Of a DNA stretch of 64,000 nucleotides, positions 26,747 to 35,801 are shown piece by piece. The first letter of the stretch is position 1, and every line of letters begins with the position of its first letter. The notes beneath the pieces were generated by a model. The model searched no databases. It was not told where the DNA came from and was given only the letters and a program-made list of their open reading frames with translations. The DNA is taken from IMG/VR virus record IMGVR_UViG_3300016472_000923; one strand, written 5' to 3'. The stretch comes from a virus. Position numbers and translations under genes: made by a program.

Positions 26747-28510
26747 TTATGCCAAATCTATGTCAGTATTATAAGAAGTAAATCCACCTTCTTTGACCAC
26801 ACGCAGGATGTTTTCCACCCGTCCAGCCAATTCGTCTCTGTGCGACACAAGCCAAATGCTCTTGTTGCGCTCGCGACTCATCTTCTTAAGTAACGCAAGA
26901 CTGTTTTCCACGCCTTGTGTGTCCATGCCCGAATCCACCAACTCGTCGATGAACAGCACATTGATCGGAGAATACAGACTTTCCCAAACATCTCGGAATG
27001 CCCACGACATTGACAGTATCAGTCTATTGCGTTCGCCGCGGCTGAGATTGTCAAAATCAAGATCTCGGCCCAGCTCTGTGATCTCTACTGTGAGATCATT
27101 TTGGAAGATGACCTGATGAGGTAGTCCGATCCTATCCAGATAGTGTGTGAGGCGGTTGTTGAGATAAGAAAGATTCTGCTCGATGATCTTCTTGCGGATG
27201 AAAGAATCTTTATTGGTCAATAGTTTCAACAAGAAATCTTGATGTTCTTGCAACCGAGTGAGTTCGTTCAAGGTGTCATAAGAAACGACCTGTAGAGCCT
27301 GAGATTGCATGTCTAAAATTTGCTCGCCATAGGGATCGATCTCAGCTGACCTGTTGGTGAGATCACGACGCAACCCGTCGAGGCTGTTACGATGATTCAA
27401 TGCTTGCTCGATGTCGTCATAGAACACTGTGGGCGCTGTGCCCAACTCACCGACACTGGCGATGGTGTCCAGATGCTCTTGACGCTGTGTGTCATTGGTC
27501 AGCATCTGTAGAGCTGCTTCCTGCAAGCTGTCTTGTTTGGCTTTTTTGATTTCGTCTTGTTTGTGATCATGCAGATCCTGGCCACAGGCATAGCACCGAT
27601 GATCGTCGAGGGCAGCGATCTCCCGTTTCAGCTTGTCCACGGTCTTCTGCAGTTTTTCGTCATCGGCGTCAATCTGCCGTATCCAGCGCCGGGCTTCGTC
27701 GATCTGCTTGCGGCGTTGATGGTATGTTTCCAGATCGCGATGTGCCTGTATCTCTGCTTCGATGTTGATATTGGCCAGACCTGCGATGGCAGTTTCCAAC
27801 TGATCGCAGTCTTCGGTCTGTTTTTTCAACCATAGAGTCTGGCGTTTTTTTAGACTTTCGATCTGCTCTTCGATTCTTTTATTCGCTTCTTGCACCGCGC
27901 GGATGCGCATTTCTTCCTGACCAATGGCATCTTTGGTTTCTCGGTTTATTTCTTTGACTCGCTCTGCTCGTTCGCTCAGCAAGGTGATGCCCAGCAGTTG
28001 CTCGATCATCAATCGTTGGTCGTTGGCCTTCATGGCCAAAAACGGCTCGGTATAAGTGTTCAAAGCCAATACATGCTTGAACATGTCGTGTGTCATGCCC
28101 AAGGCCGACTCTATTGCGTCTTGCGTTTCGCGGCTATCGCCCTGGCTGTCATCTTCGGCAGCTTGTTCTTGATTGTTGACATAGAATTTAAGCACATTGG
28201 GCTTTCTACCCCGTTCTATTCTGTAATCGCGTCCGTTGATAGAGAACTCTAAGCTGACCAACATGGCTTTGCCATTGGTCTTGTTGACTAGGTTGTCACG
28301 GCGGATGTTGGTTAGAGCTTGGCCATACAAGGCATAGGAAAGAGCGTTGATGATGGTGGTCTTGCCTGTGCCGTTCCTTGAACCATCGCCGCCGAGATCT
28401 AGATTTTCTCCCAGGACCAAAGTGAGGTCCTTGCGATCAAAATTAATGGCCTGTGTGGCATTGCCCACCGACATGAAGTTTTTGACTGTGAGATCTTTGA
28501 TTTGTATCAT
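26747..28510 (-). CDS. gp46: Recombination endonuclease ATPase subunit (gp46, Rad50/SbcC-like)
   Basis: KNFMSVGN, Walker A NGTGKTT, CYAC zinc hook, signature LSRGE, Walker B LFIDE, VSH. Confidence 0.95.
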   Translation of the reverse strand: MIQIKDLTVKNFMSVGNATQAINFDRKDLTLVLGENLDLGGDGSRNGTGKTTIINALSYALYGQALTNIRRDNLVNKTNGKAMLVSLEFSINGRDYRIERGRKPNVLKFYVNNQEQAAEDDSQGDSRETQDAIESALGMTHDMFKHVLALNTYTEPFLAMKANDQRLMIEQLLGITLLSERAERVKEINRETKDAIGQEEMRIRAVQEANKRIEEQIESLKKRQTLWLKKQTEDCDQLETAIAGLANINIEAEIQAHRDLETYHQRRKQIDEARRWIRQIDADDEKLQKTVDKLKREIAALDDHRCYACGQDLHDHKQDEIKKAKQDSLQEAALQMLTNDTQRQEHLDTIASVGELGTAPTVFYDDIEQALNHRNSLDGLRRDLTNRSAEIDPYGEQILDMQSQALQVVSYDTLNELTRLQEHQDFLLKLLTNKDSFIRKKIIEQNLSYLNNRLTHYLDRIGLPHQVIFQNDLTVEITELGRDLDFDNLSRGERNRLILSMSWAFRDVWESLYSPINVLFIDELVDSGMDTQGVENSLALLKKMSRERNKSIWLVSHRDELAGRVENILRVVKEGGFTSYNTDIDLA

Positions 28511-28639
28511 TTCGAGTCTTTGTATCCTGAGAGTTTTTTTCCAAATGATGCGCTTTGATATTTGTCAAGCGCATGAATCCCGTGGATGCTATCTTTCGAT
28601 ATAATTGCGTGATTGTTTTTATTCATCTATTGTAACACA

Positions 28640-30148
28640 TCATGCTACGATTTTGCAATCTTGGTACCTGGCAAGTTCTGGGACATAATCTACCAGATGC
28701 ACACCACGAGAATGATCTAGTCGAACATTGAATTGGAAAAATTCAGATAGATCCTGCGGAATATATCGGGTCTGGAAATAGTTTAGATATCCATCGATGC
28801 TGCTGGCAAACAAAGGATCATTGTGATAACAATCTGTTTGTTGTACTTGCAGCAATGATTCTATCGCCAAGTCTTGGTCAGGAAAAAGATATGGCGAGAA
28901 ATTTTCCGCCATGTTACAATGCACCAATGTGTTTGAAAAATTCTTATCTATAAACTGATACAAGTGGTGCAAATGCGCTATGTTGTAGATACTAACCGTG
29001 GTATTGACATGTACCTTGTGACCGCGAGAGCGCAGTATCTTCCAGTTGTCGATGATATCTTGCCAGGCACTGGGCCATCTGATATAATGATTGAGACGAT
29101 CATACCCGTCAATACTGAACACGAAGTGCAAATTTTGGAAGTGTGGCAATAAAGACAACAGTTTTCCGTTAAAATTTGTACCATTGGTGTTGACCAATAT
29201 TTCGATATGGGTCTTGTTTTGTTCTATACACTGCTGCAAAAATGCATAGAATTCTTTCATCACCGTGGGTTCACCACCTGCTACATAGACCTTGAACGCG
29301 TGGTCTAAATCCACGATGTCAAAACCGGTTTTGTGTTTTTGTCTTGTAATCCGGGTCTTGGGAATTATGCCGATCTGACGGTATTCTCTTTCGATGAGAT
29401 GGCTGTTTTCTGCATTGCAAGTCCGGCATTGCAAATTACATTTGTTACTGGCTCGCACTTCATAGTAGGCTGGTTTTTCTAGCTTGGCAAGATCGTCGAG
29501 ATCGTTTATACCCAGACGATGGGCCCATTCCACTGTTTCCTGCTGTCTTGCACTAATGATACCTTGGCTTTCTAACCTATAGCAGGCCGAACAATGTTCT
29601 GGTATCATCTCGCCTGCTAACATTTTCTCTCGTATGACCTGATATCCGGGATCGTTACGGAAATCTTTGAAGTCCTGTAGTTTGGTCACGGGCTGCAAGG
29701 ATCTACAACACACAGTGGTATGATCGTAGTTGACTAACAGTTCGACAAAAGGAAAAATACAGAAGCTCTTGTTCGATTCTACCAAAGCCGAGAAAAAAAC
29801 AAAGGTCTGTCGCATGGCCTCATCGATGAAACGCACCGGAGCAACAGTCCTGGTCACGGCCTGTATTGTGCGAAAAAATCCATCAGGATGGCTCCATTGT
29901 TCCATGGGTTGATCTAGAACAACAACCTCGTCAAACTCATCCATCAGTCGTACCAGTCTACCAAATTCCATGTCATAGATGCTGCTGTGATAATATCCGG
30001 GCACAGCATAGGATGATTGAACTGCCGGCTGTTCTAATTCAGAAATAAGACCATGGCACACTGAGCCCTCGTGTCTGCTCAAAAGCCTTGTGCGAATATC
30101 TGTATCTTCGGTATTATTCCCCAAGCACAGTATTTTTTTTGACATCAT
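28640..30148 (-). CDS. Radical SAM protein with twitch/SPASM-like Cys cluster and unknown N-terminal domain
   Basis: CNLQCRTC (CxxxCxxC), GGEP, TNGT, SIDG..YIR; FCIFPF...CC...CSAC upstream. Confidence 0.9.
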   Translation of the reverse strand: MMSKKILCLGNNTEDTDIRTRLLSRHEGSVCHGLISELEQPAVQSSYAVPGYYHSSIYDMEFGRLVRLMDEFDEVVVLDQPMEQWSHPDGFFRTIQAVTRTVAPVRFIDEAMRQTFVFFSALVESNKSFCIFPFVELLVNYDHTTVCCRSLQPVTKLQDFKDFRNDPGYQVIREKMLAGEMIPEHCSACYRLESQGIISARQQETVEWAHRLGINDLDDLAKLEKPAYYEVRASNKCNLQCRTCNAENSHLIEREYRQIGIIPKTRITRQKHKTGFDIVDLDHAFKVYVAGGEPTVMKEFYAFLQQCIEQNKTHIEILVNTNGTNFNGKLLSLLPHFQNLHFVFSIDGYDRLNHYIRWPSAWQDIIDNWKILRSRGHKVHVNTTVSIYNIAHLHHLYQFIDKNFSNTLVHCNMAENFSPYLFPDQDLAIESLLQVQQTDCYHNDPLFASSIDGYLNYFQTRYIPQDLSEFFQFNVRLDHSRGVHLVDYVPELARYQDCKIVA

Positions 30149-31161
30149 AGTGTGTTGTAAATCTGTAACAATAATTTGGGATCGTAAAACTCGCTTTCAA
30201 TCCGGGTGATCTGATCCACCACGATTTGATCCACACTTTCAAATTTCACATCTCCGGGATTCATGTCCTCTTCTAACACAGATCTCTTGTTGGGTATCAA
30301 TGCCATCTCTCTCAGCCCGTGCTTGGTGATGAAAGTTTCTTTGATGTAGTTGGCTTCTTCGTAACTGATCTCGATGTCCAACTGAACCCGCACATGCATA
30401 TTTGGCTTCAATATCCGCTCGGCATTGTCTATCACATGGCTGAGATCCCAGACATTGTACAAGGGTTGATCCGGCCAAGCATGATATTCAGGGTCCTTGC
30501 CCCATTCCAGGATCATCATACCTCGATGGCCATCGCCGGCATCGGCGAAATTGTGTGGGAACGCATTGCCAATATAGTTGATGTTACGCTTGTTCTGTCG
30601 AAGATGGAAATGTCCAGAGAACACCTGATCATAGTGACCAAAGTGCTCTACAGCGATTTCCCCGTGGTCGGGCATTTCTACCATGGCGTTCATTTTGAAG
30701 TGTGGCAACTCAAAATGACCAAACATGTATCGGGCATTCATTTTGGCGATCTTTTTGTGATCGTCGCCCACCAACCAAGGTGCGATTATGACATCACCTT
30801 CTTCAAACCAATCATTACAGATATGGATGTTGGGTATGTGTCGAGCCCATTCTGTGGAATAGATATCACGCCGGTCTCTATAGTAAAGATCGTGATTGCC
30901 GGGAATGAAATAGAATCGATCAAATGCAGCGCTCAACTTCTCCAAGGCCCTGAGGCTGTACTGTAAAGTCTGCATGTTGATTGACGCCCGATGGTGGCTC
31001 CAGTCGCCCAGGAACATTCCGGTTTCGCAGCCATGTGCTTTGGCAGTGGCAATGAACCAGTCCACAAATCGCTCGCAGTCCTGATTGTGGAGCAGACTGT
31101 TTGACTTCAGTCCAAAATGGATGTCGGTAAACACCGCGGTCTTGCGGAATAGATTAGTCAT
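30145..31161 (-). CDS. gp47: Recombination endonuclease nuclease subunit (gp47, Mre11/SbcD-like)
   Basis: DIHFG, LGD, GNHD, GHFE, SGHFH metallophosphoesterase motifs. Confidence 0.95.
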   Translation of the reverse strand: MTNLFRKTAVFTDIHFGLKSNSLLHNQDCERFVDWFIATAKAHGCETGMFLGDWSHHRASINMQTLQYSLRALEKLSAAFDRFYFIPGNHDLYYRDRRDIYSTEWARHIPNIHICNDWFEEGDVIIAPWLVGDDHKKIAKMNARYMFGHFELPHFKMNAMVEMPDHGEIAVEHFGHYDQVFSGHFHLRQNKRNINYIGNAFPHNFADAGDGHRGMMILEWGKDPEYHAWPDQPLYNVWDLSHVIDNAERILKPNMHVRVQLDIEISYEEANYIKETFITKHGLREMALIPNKRSVLEEDMNPGDVKFESVDQIVVDQITRIESEFYDPKLLLQIYNTL

Positions 31162-31167
31162 TTGACG

Positions 31168-31196
31168 AGTATACTATTCTGCAGAAGAAATCGCAA
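31168..31196 (-). promoter_or_regulatory. sigma70-type promoter TTGCGA-N17-TATACT for gp47
   Basis: The -10 box ends 6 nt before the gp47 ATG; no SD is visible. Confidence 0.5.
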
Positions 31197-32067
31197 CCGC
31201 TGATGCCGCGGCTGTGGTCCCGGACTGCGAATACTGGCGTGTCCATGACGGATTCAGTCCATTCATCTCCAGGATGTCATCCCGGATGTTCTGCATCTTT
31301 TTTTCGATGTTGAGCACTCGAGTAAAGGAGTTAGTGATGGCTGCTGTGTAGTAGGCGAAAGGATTCTGCGATTTGGATTCATCAAACTGCAGTCCGATCT
31401 GGCTGAGCTGTAGCAGGGCCTGACCGCGCATTTCTTCGTTGTAAGTGTATCCGCGCCAGTTGCTTCTCGTGGCATAGCGTTCGCACAGTTTCATGAACAT
31501 CTGTGCCAATTTGCGAGTCATGTTGCCGTGATCGCGATTGTATTCTCCGGTGTCCACATCGCCCAGCCAGTGGCTTTTGCCCACGATGTAAGGTACCTTG
31601 TGGTCGGTCACTCGGTAGTGGAAAAAGGGTGGGAAATTCACACGCACATGTGCTGTATCCAACACCGGTTCGTCGATGAGGTCCGCCAAAGGATCCTCAG
31701 GCGGCAGTTCTTCAAACCCCAAGATATCTTCGATCTTTTTCTTTTTAGTCTGGGACTTGGGAATCTTTTTGGGCGCCTTGGGTATGTGTTCCCATGTCAT
31801 CACACGGAACACTAGATCAGTGTTGGCTATCTTTTTTTCATTGACTTCTTGTCCGGTTTCTCGGGTCAACCTTGCGGCCCGGTTGCGTCGTGCTTCGGCT
31901 ATGGTGCGCTGGTTGATCTTGCTGGCGCTGCTCAGGATTATGTCATACTGATGATCGTTTTTAGGATCACGGAATGCGCAGTAGGTGTTCTTGCTGAGAT
32001 GTATTTCTTTGAGTAAGTCGCGGTTGTTAAGGTAGTTTACCTTGGGCGTGGGAGCGATGATAGACAA
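31174..32067 (-). CDS. gp55: Late-transcription sigma factor (gp55-like)
   Basis: NYLNNRDLL, NWRGYTYNEEM, FDESKSQNPFAYYT...NSF; adjacent to gp47; TTG start with AGGAGA RBS. Confidence 0.85.
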   Translation of the reverse strand: MSIIAPTPKVNYLNNRDLLKEIHLSKNTYCAFRDPKNDHQYDIILSSASKINQRTIAEARRNRAARLTRETGQEVNEKKIANTDLVFRVMTWEHIPKAPKKIPKSQTKKKKIEDILGFEELPPEDPLADLIDEPVLDTAHVRVNFPPFFHYRVTDHKVPYIVGKSHWLGDVDTGEYNRDHGNMTRKLAQMFMKLCERYATRSNWRGYTYNEEMRGQALLQLSQIGLQFDESKSQNPFAYYTAAITNSFTRVLNIEKKMQNIRDDILEMNGLNPSWTRQYSQSGTTAAASAVAISSAE

Positions 32068-32087
32068 CTGTGTTTCTCCTTAGGATC

Positions 32088-32123
32088 TATTTATTGTACA
32101 GGATTTGACACAGATGTCAAATC
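32088..32123 (-). promoter_or_regulatory. Composite gp55 promoter: TTGACA-N16-TACAAT, overlapping TAAATA, and a 9-bp palindrome
   Basis: -35 at 32120-32115, -10 at 32098-32093, TAAATA at 32093-32088, GATTTGACA-N4-TGTCAAATC at 32102-32123. Confidence 0.65.
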
Positions 32124-32187
32124 TTTGACTCCATAAAAATAGCCGTTTTTGATCTCGGTAAATACTGCGATAGGATCCTGATCACAC

Positions 32188-35100
32188 ATGCCACAGATAC
32201 AAATCAACGGAGAATTGCGAGAAGTCAGCCAGGCCGAATATGATGCCTTGACCCAGAATGGTCAGGCTTCTACTCCTGCTGCAGGTTCTTACGAACAATA
32301 TGCTGCTGCCAGGGCCAAAGAACAGGCCGTCAACAAGCTGGCCGCTGGAGACGCCGCGGTAGGCGAAACCACCAATGTCAGCCCGGAATTCCGTCAAGAA
32401 CTCACCAACATCAGGACCAGCGCTGATTCGGCAGCCGGCAGCAACAAAGATGCCTATGCGCAGCGATATGCACAAGAAGAGCAAGACCTTTACGCCAATG
32501 CGCCTTCCAGCAGAGCTGCGCTAGAGGCAGAGTTATCTGCGCCAGCGCCAACCACACAGCCTGGTGCAGTGGGCGTGGGCGTGCCTTATCAGCAAGGCAC
32601 CGATGCACAGGTGGTCGGTACACTAAACACAGCCAATCCCATACCCAATCAACCCACCGGATCGATAGTGAGCTCACCTGTGCGAGGACTCACAGATGGC
32701 GGCATCACTTCGGGTGCACCGGCCGTGGGTGCTGAGTCTGCGCCCAGTTATCCTACCGAAGATCCTCAAATCCCCCCACCGTCCACTGAAGGTGCCGGAC
32801 CGTTTACACCACCACCACCGCCTGATGCTGCTTTCTTGCAAGCCCAGGTGGCCCAAGAACAACGGTGGCAGCAGGCCGCTGCTGCCAACCCTGAAGGCAT
32901 ACAGGACAACGGATCAGTTAAAACAGTCAATGATGCTGGAGTCGCTACCACTATCAATCGCGACGGATCCTACGAAATCAGCGATGCCAACGGAACATTC
33001 CGTTATGATGCTGCCGGACAAGAAACATCCTATACTTCGCCCACCATTAACGGTTTCTCAGTGACCACAACCCCCGACGGTGTTCAGTACACCAATTACA
33101 CCCAAGGGCCACTGACCACTTCGACCATAACCAAAGATGGCGAGCCCATCAGCACCACTGTATCATATGATACAGGTGTCACCAGATTGACCTCTATAGA
33201 AACCGCAGGCGGCCAGCCTGTCGGTATCGTTGATGTTGCTCAAGGCGGCGGCGTGACAGAAAGATTGGTAGTCAATGCCAACGGCGAGATCGTCAGCCAA
33301 GAACAGATAATACAAACAAGCAAGCAAGTGGCTTCTGAAGCCGAGCTCCAGGCCATCGCTGAAAATCAAAAACTGCGCGAAGATCTCATCGCAGCCAAGC
33401 AACAAGTAGATGCTGGCACGCCGCTCAGTGCAGAACAGACAGCAGCATTGGAACAGCAGGCTGAAGCAGCTAGAGAAGCCGATGCTGATCTGGCCGCTGC
33501 TGAACAAGCCGTGGCCGAAGCTGATCCCACAGTGGTGCCTGCCGGAGAAGATCCACAGGTTGATACTTTTGTTGATCCTAATGAAGATCCTTTGCCCAGC
33601 CTTGACACAGTAGAGCTGGCGCCTGAAGCAGTTGACACAGCCGCTGATCCCGAAGTGGCAGCAGCTGAAGCTGCCCAGACACCCGAAGAAGTTCCCTTGA
33701 CCGAAGTCGACACAGGTCCGGCGCCGTTGACCGACGAAGAGATCGCAGAGTATCAGGCACAGACCGCTGTGGATCCTGGTGAAACAGGAGCCAGATTCCA
33801 GGAACCTTTTGTCAGCGATGAAGCCGCAGCAGCCGAAGCAGTCTACTTTGAAGAAAATCCCGAAGAGATAAGGGCAGTGATCGATGCACCAGAACCGCCT
33901 GAAATAGAATCTACCAGCGAAGAGGTCGAACTCTCCCTGGAAGAAATTGAACAACAAGTGGCCGAAACTGAAGCCGATACCGAACTCACAGCTGAACAAG
34001 AGGCCGCTGATCCCGAGATAGCACCACAGGATGATTTTGCGGTACCAGACAGCGAGATCGATCGTGGAGATGACCTTGTGGTCACAGACACCGGCGGCGT
34101 TCCGACCCAAACTTTGGCAGAATTCGTTGGTGAGGACACTGGCGGAGTGCCCACAGAGTCACTGGCCAACATCGACGGCGACACAGGATTCGTGCCATTA
34201 GATGATCCGCAGTTTGGTACATTTGCCGGAGACACCGGTGGTGTACCCACGCAGTCGCTGATAGATATCGATGGCGACACTGGTTTTGTGCCCCAGGACG
34301 ATCCGCAGTTTGGTACCTTTCAAGAACAAATCGAGGAACAGCAAGATCTTTTTGGTGATCAAGACAGCGATCTCACTGTCACAGATACCGGTGGTGTCCC
34401 AACCCAGACTCTAGCAGATTTCACCGGCGAAGACACCGGTGGTGTGCCCACGCAGACACTGGCTAATCTCACAGTCACGGACACCGGCGGAGTACCCACA
34501 CAGTCCTTGGCTGACATCGACGGTGACACTGGTTTTGTGCCGACGTCGGACATACGCATCAATCCTGACGAAGTATCTGATACCGGTGGAGTGCCCACAC
34601 AGACTCTGGCCGATCTGCAGACTGACCCTGGACTGCTGCCGGACCAAGTCGCGGCCCAGCAAGCAGCCCAACAGCAGGCCACGCTAGATCGTGCGCGCCA
34701 GCAGGCTATCTTGCAACAGCAAAGGAAACAGGCCAACGACGGAGATTGGCGGGTCAAGTTGCGCCTGGCGCCCGGAGCACAGTATCTCTATCGTGCTGCA
34801 CAGCCCGGAATCCTGCAACCCTTGGCCGTGACCGATGGTGTGGTATTCCCCTATACTCCCCAAGTCACTACGGCCTACAAGGCTACCTACAGTGCCTATG
34901 ATCTCACACACTCAAACTATCGCGGATATTTCTATCAAGGCAGCCAAGTAGACGACATACAGATCAACGCCAAGTTCACCGCGCAAGACAGCAACGAAGC
35001 CAACTATCTCCTGGCCGTGATACACTTTTTCCGATCAATAACCAAGATGTTTTACGGCAATGATCCACAGCGTGGTGCACCTCCTCCCTTGGTGTTTCTG

Positions 35101-35499
35101 CAGGGATTTGGTGAATATCAGTTCAATCTTGCACCGTGTGTTGTAGCGCAATTTAACTATGTGCTCCCCGACAACGTCGACTACATACGAGCAGGAAGTC
35201 CCAACATCAATGGAACCAATTTGTTGCAAAGACGCACTAGGCAAGACCTGCCTACCAATTCTTTTTCGTCGGCCTGGGGTCGCATACAAAGTGTGCTGGG
35301 AGCGCAAGGCATCAAGAAAGGTGCCGTGCCTTCGCCACCCCCACCCCCTACCTTGGGTACCAACAGGCCAACCTATGTGCCCACGACCATGGATATCAAC
35401 ATTATCTTGCATCCCATCCAGAGTCGCAGCCAGGTTTCAAAACAGTTCAGTCTGCAACAATATGCCAGCGGAGATCTGCTTAAAGGAGGATTCTGGTAA
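32188..35499 (+). CDS. Baseplate tail-tube initiator (gp48/gp54-like fold) with ~850-aa acidic N-terminal extension
   Basis: C-terminal DWRVKL...VFPYTP...THSNY...FTAQ...FFRSITKMFYG...PPP domain; first gene of the baseplate operon; TAAATA at 32159-32164. Confidence 0.65.
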   Translation: MPQIQINGELREVSQAEYDALTQNGQASTPAAGSYEQYAAARAKEQAVNKLAAGDAAVGETTNVSPEFRQELTNIRTSADSAAGSNKDAYAQRYAQEEQDLYANAPSSRAALEAELSAPAPTTQPGAVGVGVPYQQGTDAQVVGTLNTANPIPNQPTGSIVSSPVRGLTDGGITSGAPAVGAESAPSYPTEDPQIPPPSTEGAGPFTPPPPPDAAFLQAQVAQEQRWQQAAAANPEGIQDNGSVKTVNDAGVATTINRDGSYEISDANGTFRYDAAGQETSYTSPTINGFSVTTTPDGVQYTNYTQGPLTTSTITKDGEPISTTVSYDTGVTRLTSIETAGGQPVGIVDVAQGGGVTERLVVNANGEIVSQEQIIQTSKQVASEAELQAIAENQKLREDLIAAKQQVDAGTPLSAEQTAALEQQAEAAREADADLAAAEQAVAEADPTVVPAGEDPQVDTFVDPNEDPLPSLDTVELAPEAVDTAADPEVAAAEAAQTPEEVPLTEVDTGPAPLTDEEIAEYQAQTAVDPGETGARFQEPFVSDEAAAAEAVYFEENPEEIRAVIDAPEPPEIESTSEEVELSLEEIEQQVAETEADTELTAEQEAADPEIAPQDDFAVPDSEIDRGDDLVVTDTGGVPTQTLAEFVGEDTGGVPTESLANIDGDTGFVPLDDPQFGTFAGDTGGVPTQSLIDIDGDTGFVPQDDPQFGTFQEQIEEQQDLFGDQDSDLTVTDTGGVPTQTLADFTGEDTGGVPTQTLANLTVTDTGGVPTQSLADIDGDTGFVPTSDIRINPDEVSDTGGVPTQTLADLQTDPGLLPDQVAAQQAAQQQATLDRARQQAILQQQRKQANDGDWRVKLRLAPGAQYLYRAAQPGILQPLAVTDGVVFPYTPQVTTAYKATYSAYDLTHSNYRGYFYQGSQVDDIQINAKFTAQDSNEANYLLAVIHFFRSITKMFYGNDPQRGAPPPLVFLQGFGEYQFNLAPCVVAQFNYVLPDNVDYIRAGSPNINGTNLLQRRTRQDLPTNSFSSAWGRIQSVLGAQGIKKGAVPSPPPPPTLGTNRPTYVPTTMDINIILHPIQSRSQVSKQFSLQQYASGDLLKGGFW
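34088..34620 (+). repeat. Coding repeat DTG(G/F)VP, 10 copies
   Basis: Seven DTGGVPT(Q/E)(T/S)L and three DTGFVP units, mostly 15-18 aa apart. Confidence 0.9.
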
Positions 35500-35798
35500 T
35501 GGCCGTCTATAATTCAACTAGCCCGTATTTTGATACCACTTACAGTCAGTTTTACTTGGATGTCATGACCAATAGACCCATTCCCAAAGAAACGGATGAT
35601 CAGATATTGAAACTGACGGAGGTATATCAGTACCGACCTGACATGCTGGCCTATGACCTCTACGATCTGCCAGAACTTTGGTGGGTGTTTTATCAGAGGA
35701 ATCCCAACACTCTCACAGCACCGCCTTGGGATTTTGTTGCTGGCACTGAGATCTATCTGCCCAAGATAACCACCCTTCGCGCTGTGTTGGGATTCTAA
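35499..35798 (+). CDS. Baseplate wedge protein (gp53/LysM-like)
   Basis: YRPDMLAYDLY..PELWWVF...N...IYLP. Confidence 0.75.
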   Translation: MAVYNSTSPYFDTTYSQFYLDVMTNRPIPKETDDQILKLTEVYQYRPDMLAYDLYDLPELWWVFYQRNPNTLTAPPWDFVAGTEIYLPKITTLRAVLGF

Positions 35799-35801
35799 CC
35801 A

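Noticed and set aside
34088-34620. Repeats with variable spacers resembling a CRISPR array
   Set aside because: In-frame protein repeats with synonymous variation; no cas genes
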